Below, piece after piece: positions 58,480 through 64,000 of a stretch of 64,000 nt of DNA. The first letter of the stretch is position 1, and each line of letters begins with the position of its first letter. Position numbers and translations under genes: made by a program. The DNA comes from Hydrurus foetidus (Eukaryota). The notes beneath the pieces are model-generated. The model was not told the DNA's origin, ran no database searches, and saw only the letters and a program-made list of their open reading frames with translations. The stretch lies in NCBI GenBank assembly GCA_900617105.1, contig UYFQ01000001.1:4092001-4156000 (forward strand), given 5' to 3'.

Positions 58480-59757
58480 ATGAAAATCGAAACCATTGCC
58501 GTCCACGGCGGCTACAGCCCAGACCCAACCACCAAAGCGGTGGCTGTGCCCATTTACCAAACAGTGGCTTTTGCGTTTGACAACACGCAGCACGGCGCTG
58601 ACTTGTTTGACCTGAAAGTAGCGGGCAATATTTACAGCCGCATCATGAACCCGACCAACGCGGTGCTTGAAGGCCGCGTGGCTGCGCTTGAAGGTGGCAT
58701 TGGCGCGCTGGCAGTGGCGTCCGGCATGTCGGCTATTGCCTACGCTATTCAAACCATAGCTGAAGCGGGTGACAACATCGTGTCTGCGTCGCAGCTTTAC
58801 GGCGGCACCTACAACCTGTTTGCGCATACCTTTCCGCAAATGGGGCTGACGGTGCGCTTTGCCGATGCCAGCAAACCAGAAACATTTGCGCAGCATATTG
58901 ACGCGCGCACCAAAGCCATCTATTGCGAATCAGTAGGCAACCCGTTGGGCAGCGTGACCGATATTGCTGCGCTGGCCAAAGTGGCGCACGCCCACGGCCT
59001 GCCATTGATTGTGGACAACACCGTTCCCAGCCCGTACCTGTGCCGCCCGTTTGAACATGGCGCCGACATCATCGTGCATTCGCTGACCAAGTATTTGGGC
59101 GGCCACGGCACCAGCATTGGCGGCGCGATTGTTGATTCAGGCAAGTTCGCCTGGGCCGAGCACAAAGAGCGCTTCAAGCGCCTGAATGAGCCTGACGTGA
59201 GCTACCACGGCGTGGTGTACACCGAGGCGTTGGGCGCAGCTGCTTACATTGGCCGCGCCCGTGTGGTGCCGCTCCGCAACCTGGGCGCAGCACTCAGCCC
59301 CATGAACGCGTTTCAAATTTTGCAGGGCATCGAAACGCTGGCGTTGCGTATGGACCGTATTTGTGAAAACACCCTGGCGATTGCCAAGCATTTGAAGTCG
59401 CACTCGAAAGTCAGTTGGCTGAATTACGCCGGCTTGCCAGACCACCCCGACCACGCACTGGTGCAGCGGCAGATGGGCGGGCGTGCTTCGGGTTTGGTGA
59501 GCTTTGGTTTAAAGGCCGCTGACAGCATGGCTGCTGGCGCCAAGTTTCAAGACGCTTTGAATCTGTTCACTCGCCTGGTGAATATTGGCGATGCAAAGTC
59601 ACTCGCCTGCCACCCGGCCAGCACCACGCACCGTCAGCTCAACCCCGACGAGCTGGCCAAAGCAGGCGTCAAGCCTGACATGGTGCGCTTGTCGATTGGT
59701 ATTGAGCACATTGATGATTTGATGGCGGATTTGGATCAGGCGCTGGCGTTGGTTTAA
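58480..59757 (+). CDS. metY: O-acetylhomoserine aminocarboxypropyltransferase
   Basis: PIYQT, IYSRIMNPT, HSLTKYLGGHG (PLP Lys), NIGDAKSL. Confidence 0.92.
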   Translation: MKIETIAVHGGYSPDPTTKAVAVPIYQTVAFAFDNTQHGADLFDLKVAGNIYSRIMNPTNAVLEGRVAALEGGIGALAVASGMSAIAYAIQTIAEAGDNIVSASQLYGGTYNLFAHTFPQMGLTVRFADASKPETFAQHIDARTKAIYCESVGNPLGSVTDIAALAKVAHAHGLPLIVDNTVPSPYLCRPFEHGADIIVHSLTKYLGGHGTSIGGAIVDSGKFAWAEHKERFKRLNEPDVSYHGVVYTEALGAAAYIGRARVVPLRNLGAALSPMNAFQILQGIETLALRMDRICENTLAIAKHLKSHSKVSWLNYAGLPDHPDHALVQRQMGGRASGLVSFGLKAADSMAAGAKFQDALNLFTRLVNIGDAKSLACHPASTTHRQLNPDELAKAGVKPDMVRLSIGIEHIDDLMADLDQALALV

Positions 59758-59778
59758 GTGTCAAGAATGGTTGGAATT

Positions 59779-59833
59779 GGGCGCAAGCAGCTATATTTTA
59801 AGTAGCTGCTTGCGCCCGTATTTATTGAGCTAC
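59779..59833. repeat. Head-to-head family A pair with perfect 15-bp inverted repeat
   Basis: GGGCGCAAGCAGCTA-TATTTTAAG-TAGCTGCTTGCGCCC. Confidence 0.92.
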
Positions 59834-59870
59834 AGCCTATTTTCTCTCTTAATTTTGCCGTATTGATTGT

Positions 59871-60497
59871 ATGCCACGCCTTAACCCACTGCCGCCTGAA
59901 TCCACGCCTGAACTCAAGCCGCATTTCGATTTTTTCTTGACCACGCTGGGCTTTACGCCCAACAGCGTGCTCACCATGCAGCGCAAACCCAAGCTGGTGC
60001 AAGCACTGGCGCAGTTGAACGCGGCGGTGATGGACCCTGCTGGCGAGGTTGACTTGGGTTTCAGAAGGTTGATTGGCCATGTGGCTAGCCAGGTGTCCGG
60101 CTGCTTGTATTGCCAGGCGCATACGTTGCTAGGCGCTAAAAACTTCGGCATTTCTGAGGCCAAACTCGCTGATGTGTGGACCTACGCCACCAGCCCGCTG
60201 TACAGCGCCAAAGAGCGCTTGGCGCTCGACTTTGCGTTGGCCGCTGCTGCCCAGCCCAATGCAGTGACAGATGATCAATTTGCTGAGTTGCAACAGCACT
60301 GGAGCGACAGCGAGATTACTGAAATACTGGGCGTGGTGGCGATGTTCGCTTTTTTAAACCGCTGGAACGACACCATGGCCACGCCACTAGAAACAACACC
60401 CGAGGCGGTAGCGCAAACCGCACAGGGCGAGCGCGGCTGGACGGCCGGCAAGCATCTTGCTGGCTGGGCAGGCAATTTCAATTCGCTCCGTTTTTAA
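59871..60497 (+). CDS. Carboxymuconolactone decarboxylase/AhpD family protein
   Basis: GCLYCQAH, FLNRWND. Confidence 0.9.
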   Translation: MPRLNPLPPESTPELKPHFDFFLTTLGFTPNSVLTMQRKPKLVQALAQLNAAVMDPAGEVDLGFRRLIGHVASQVSGCLYCQAHTLLGAKNFGISEAKLADVWTYATSPLYSAKERLALDFALAAAAQPNAVTDDQFAELQQHWSDSEITEILGVVAMFAFLNRWNDTMATPLETTPEAVAQTAQGERGWTAGKHLAGWAGNFNSLRF

Positions 60498-60654
60498 TAG
60501 CTGCTCGCGCCCGAATCTATTGGGTCATAGCGCTGTATTGCACTCAAAAACAAGCTATAAACTCGTTCAAAACTGCTAAATAAAGCAGTTTTAGAGTGCC
60601 AATTAGCCCTCTAGCCCAATAGATACGGGCGCGAGCAGCTCCTGAATATATAGC
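60485..60654. repeat. REPIN-like inverted doublet of family A
   Basis: Forward copy 60485-60530, reverse copy 60604-60654; spacer also partly self-complementary. Confidence 0.9.
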
Positions 60655-60667
60655 GTTCAGGGTGCCC

Positions 60668-63619
60668 TTAAGCGTAGTCACTCACAGGCACGCAGCTGCA
60701 CATCAAGTTCCTGTCGCCGTACACGTTGTCTACCCGCCCAGTGGTGGGCCAATATTTCGATGTTTTAAGAGCCGCTACCGGAAAGGCCGCTACTTCACGC
60801 GAGTACGGCTTGTTCCACTCTGCGGCCACCACGCTGGCCGCTGTGTGCGGTGCATGTTTGAGCGGGTTGTTGTCTTGCGGCCAGGTGCCATTTTCTATCT
60901 GCGCGATTTCTTTGCGGATGGAAATCATGGCGCTGATGAAGCGGTCGATTTCTTTCAAGTCTTCGCTTTCAGTTGGCTCCACCATCAGCGTGCCCGCTAC
61001 CGGAAAGCTGAGTGTTGGCGCGTGAAAGCCGTAGTCCATCAATCGCTTGGCCACGTCTTCGGCGCTAACGCCGCAGGTTTCCTTTAATGGGCGCAGGTCC
61101 AAAATACACTCGTGCGCTACGTAGCCTGCCTCGCTGGTGTACAGAGTAGGGAAGTAGTCTTTCAGGCGGGTGCTGATGTAGTTAGCTGACAGAATTGAAA
61201 TTTCAGTCGCCTGCTTCAAGCCTTCGGGGCCCATCATGCGGCAGTACATCCAGCTGATCGGCAGGACTGCCGCGTTGCCCAAAGGCGCTGCTGATATGGC
61301 ACCAATCGCATGCGGGGTGCCCTCAATAACTGGGACTCCCTCACCCCGGCCCTCTCCCAGGGGGAGAGGGAGTGAAGCGGACTCCGATGTTTTGTGCCCC
61401 GGCAAATACGGCACCAGGTCTGCCACCACGCAGACTGGGCCTACACCTGGCCCGCCGCCACCGTGGGGAATGCAAAAGGTTTTGTGCAAATTAAGGTGGC
61501 TCACGTCGCCACCAAACTCACCCGGCGCTGCGGTACCAACCAGCGCGTTCATATTGGCCCCGTCTACGTACACGCGCCCACCGTGGCTGTGGACCAGCGC
61601 GCACAGTTCTTTAACATTGGCTTCAAACACGCCGTGGGTAGATGGGTAGGTAATCATCACCGCTGCCAGGTTTGCGCTGTGCTGCTCGCACTTGGCTTGC
61701 AGGTCAGCCATGTCGACGTTGCCTTGCGCGTCGCAGCCAGTCACCACCACGGTCATGCCAGCCATTTGCGCGCTGGCGGGGTTGGTGCCGTGTGCGGAAG
61801 CGGGTATCAGGCAAATATTGCGGTGGCCCTGGCCCTGCGCATCATGAAACGCCTTGATGACCAGCATGCCCGCATATTCGCCTTGCGAGCCAGCGTTGGG
61901 CTGCAGGCTGATGCCTGAGTAGCCAGTCGCCTGGCACAACCAGTCGCGCAATTGCTCGTCAAGCTCGGCATAGCCTTGCTGCTGGTCTGCGGGTGCAAAC
62001 GGGTGAATGTTGGCAAACTCTGGCCAGGTGATGGGAATCATTTCACTGGTGGCGTTCAGCTTCATGGTGCAGCTACCCAACGGAATCATGCTGCGGTCAA
62101 GCGCCAAGTCTTTGTCGCTCAAGCGGCGGATGTAGCGCAGCATGGCGGTCTCGCTGTGGTGCGTGTTGAAGACTGGATGAGTTAAAAAATCACTGGTGCG
62201 GCGCAGCTCGGCGGGGATCAGCGGCTCAATGCCTTTTTCAAAGTCAGCAGCTTTCGGCAGCGCTTGGCCGGGCTTGGCGAAGATGGACCAGAGCAGTTCA
62301 ATGTCGCCCCTTGTTGTGGTCTCATCCAATGCAACACACAGGTAGTCTTTAGAGTAAATTCGCAGGTTAACGCCCATTTCGCGGGCGCGAGCAGCTATTG
62401 AACTGGTAGCGGAATCGGTTCTCAAGCTGATGGTGTCAAAAGCACTGTCACCGCGCACCTCAAAGCCCAAGGTGCTTAAACCTCGCGCCAAAATGGCGGT
62501 GTAGCTCGCCACGCGCTGGGCAATGCGCTTCAAACCCAGCGGGCCGTGGTACACCGCGTACATGCTGGCGACTACGGCTGGCAGCACTTGTGCGGTGCAA
62601 ATGTTCGACGTCGCTTTTTCACGGCGAATGTGCTGCTCGCGGGTTTGCAACGCGAGGCGATAGGTCGGGTTGCCATGCACGTCAATCGACACGCCGACCA
62701 AGCGGCCTGGCATGGAACGTTTGAATTCATCTTTGCACGCCAAATAAGCTGCGTGCGGGCCACCGGCGCCCATCGGCATGCCAAAGCGCTGCGTTGTGCC
62801 CACCACAATGTCGGCACCCCATTCGCCGGGGGGAGTCAGCAGCGTTAACGCAAGTGGATCAGCGGCTGCAATAAAGGCCGCTTGCTTGCTGTGCACCAAA
62901 GTCACGTCGGCGCGCAAGTCATCAATTCGGCCGCTGGTCGCTGGGTACTGCGCCAGCACGGCAAAGTAGTCGCCTTTTAAAGCCGCGCGCCATTCAGGTG
63001 CCGAGTTGGCCAGCAAAACGGTAATGCCCAGCGGCTTGGCGCGGGTTTGAATCACCTCAATCGTTTGGGGGTGGCAGTCGCCCGCCACCACGAAGGTGTT
63101 GCTTTTGCTCTTCACACTGCGCTTGGCAAGCGTCATGGCTTCAGCCGCGGCGGTGGCTTCGTCGAGCATCGACGCGTTGGCGATTGGCATGCCGGTCAAG
63201 TCGCAAATCATGGTCTGGAAGTTGATCAGCGCTTCCATCCGGCCCTGCGAAATTTCAGCCTGGTAAGGGGTGTAGGCGGTGTACCAAGCGGGGTTTTCAA
63301 TGATGTTGCGCAAAATGACGCCGGGCGTGTGCGTACCGTAATAGCCTTGACCAATAAAGCTTTTCAGCACTTTGTTTTTTGATGCAATCACTTTGAGCTG
63401 CGCGAGTGCCTCGGCCTCTGTCACGGGGGCAGGAATCATCATGGCGCTGGAGCGAGCAATCGAGCGCGGAATGATCGCGTCCATTAGCGCCCGGCGCGAT
63501 GCGGCGCCCAGCGCGCTGAGCATGTGGGCTTCAGCGGCATCGTCAATACCGATGTGGCGGGCGATGAATTCAGACGTATTTTCTAAGTCAGCTAAGGGCT
63601 TGGCGGATTGCATCAACAT
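60668..63619 (-). CDS. gcvP: Glycine dehydrogenase (P protein)
   Basis: [43 protein letters not shown]. Confidence 0.98.
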   Translation of the reverse strand: MLMQSAKPLADLENTSEFIARHIGIDDAAEAHMLSALGAASRRALMDAIIPRSIARSSAMMIPAPVTEAEALAQLKVIASKNKVLKSFIGQGYYGTHTPGVILRNIIENPAWYTAYTPYQAEISQGRMEALINFQTMICDLTGMPIANASMLDEATAAAEAMTLAKRSVKSKSNTFVVAGDCHPQTIEVIQTRAKPLGITVLLANSAPEWRAALKGDYFAVLAQYPATSGRIDDLRADVTLVHSKQAAFIAAADPLALTLLTPPGEWGADIVVGTTQRFGMPMGAGGPHAAYLACKDEFKRSMPGRLVGVSIDVHGNPTYRLALQTREQHIRREKATSNICTAQVLPAVVASMYAVYHGPLGLKRIAQRVASYTAILARGLSTLGFEVRGDSAFDTISLRTDSATSSIAARAREMGVNLRIYSKDYLCVALDETTTRGDIELLWSIFAKPGQALPKAADFEKGIEPLIPAELRRTSDFLTHPVFNTHHSETAMLRYIRRLSDKDLALDRSMIPLGSCTMKLNATSEMIPITWPEFANIHPFAPADQQQGYAELDEQLRDWLCQATGYSGISLQPNAGSQGEYAGMLVIKAFHDAQGQGHRNICLIPASAHGTNPASAQMAGMTVVVTGCDAQGNVDMADLQAKCEQHSANLAAVMITYPSTHGVFEANVKELCALVHSHGGRVYVDGANMNALVGTAAPGEFGGDVSHLNLHKTFCIPHGGGGPGVGPVCVVADLVPYLPGHKTSESASLPLPLGEGRGEGVPVIEGTPHAIGAISAAPLGNAAVLPISWMYCRMMGPEGLKQATEISILSANYISTRLKDYFPTLYTSEAGYVAHECILDLRPLKETCGVSAEDVAKRLMDYGFHAPTLSFPVAGTLMVEPTESEDLKEIDRFISAMISIRKEIAQIENGTWPQDNNPLKHAPHTAASVVAAEWNKPYSREVAAFPVAALKTSKYWPTTGRVDNVYGDRNLMCSCVPVSDYA
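61338..61372. repeat. Palindrome family C single hairpin in frame in gcvP ([12 protein letters not shown])
   Basis: CCCTCACCCCGGCCCTCTCCCAGGGGGAGAGGGAG. Confidence 0.88.
62372..62410 (-). repeat. Family A copy in frame in gcvP ([13 protein letters not shown])
   Basis: CGGGCGCGAGCAGCTATTGAACTGGTAGC. Confidence 0.8.
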
Positions 63620-63658
63620 GGTGGTGTGCCTCAAGAAAATTGAACTAAGTGATTTGGG

Positions 63659-64000
63659 TCAGGCGTTGGCTGAAAAAGCGCTGTACGTGGTGTCGTCCAT
63701 CAACGCATCGAGCTGCGACGCGTCAGACATCTTGACTTTGAAAAACCAGCCTGCGCCCAGTGGATCAGAGTTGGCGAGTGACGGGTCGGCGCGCAGGGTC
63801 TCGTTCACCTCGAGCACTTCGCCAGCCACGGGCATGTAAACATCAGCGGCGGCTTTCACCGACTCCACTACGCCAGCGGTTTCCTTTTGTGCAAACAAGG
63901 CGCCGACCTCGGGCAGGTCAACAAACACCACGTCGCCCAGCGCGTCTTGCGCGTGCACGGTGATGCCCACCGTGGCAACATCGCCTTCAATTTTCAGCCA
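63659..64000 (-). CDS. gcvH: Glycine cleavage system H protein (5' end beyond the window)
   Basis: [23 protein letters not shown] lipoyl-Lys, GWFFK. Confidence 0.96.
   Translation of the reverse strand, partial: WLKIEGDVATVGITVHAQDALGDVVFVDLPEVGALFAQKETAGVVESVKAAADVYMPVAGEVLEVNETLRADPSLANSDPLGAGWFFKVKMSDASQLDALMDDTTYSAFSANA

Noticed and set aside
1961..62410. Family A repeats as integron attC sites or CRISPR repeats
   Set aside because: Dispersed, in both orientations, often intragenic; no RYYYAAC/GTTRRRY ends and no integrase.

Overview
Mostly core chromosome of a betaproteobacterium. Gene content and order suggest Comamonadaceae, Polaromonas-like (inference). Housekeeping genes include valS, rpoD, dnaG, yaaA, queF, dinB, pbpC/alpha-2-macroglobulin, argH, ylqF, metY, gcvP and gcvH. 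Highlights: (1) A ~6.8-kb integrase-less defence island holds type III R-M res/mod, an antisense phosphoribosyltransferase with an overlapping small ORF, an XRE regulator and an orphan ORF. It is bracketed by a diverged ~110-bp direct repeat containing a second, synonymously recoded copy of the 3' end of the neighbouring PDZ-protease gene. (2) About 20 copies of a ~45-bp REP-like palindromic repeat and two further palindrome families are present, many in frame inside proteins or supplying start/stop codons. (3) A 21-aa Lys-rich microprotein gene, not in the ORF track, with RBS and terminator lies upstream of dnaG. (4) A 4-unit tandem hairpin array lies in the rpoD leader. (5) An identically spaced composite promoter motif precedes both DUF1800-DUF1501 and an EF-hand gene. 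(6) A VapBC-type module is wedged between alpha-2-macroglobulin and pbpC. No rRNA, tRNA, CRISPR array, integrase or transposase was recognised.
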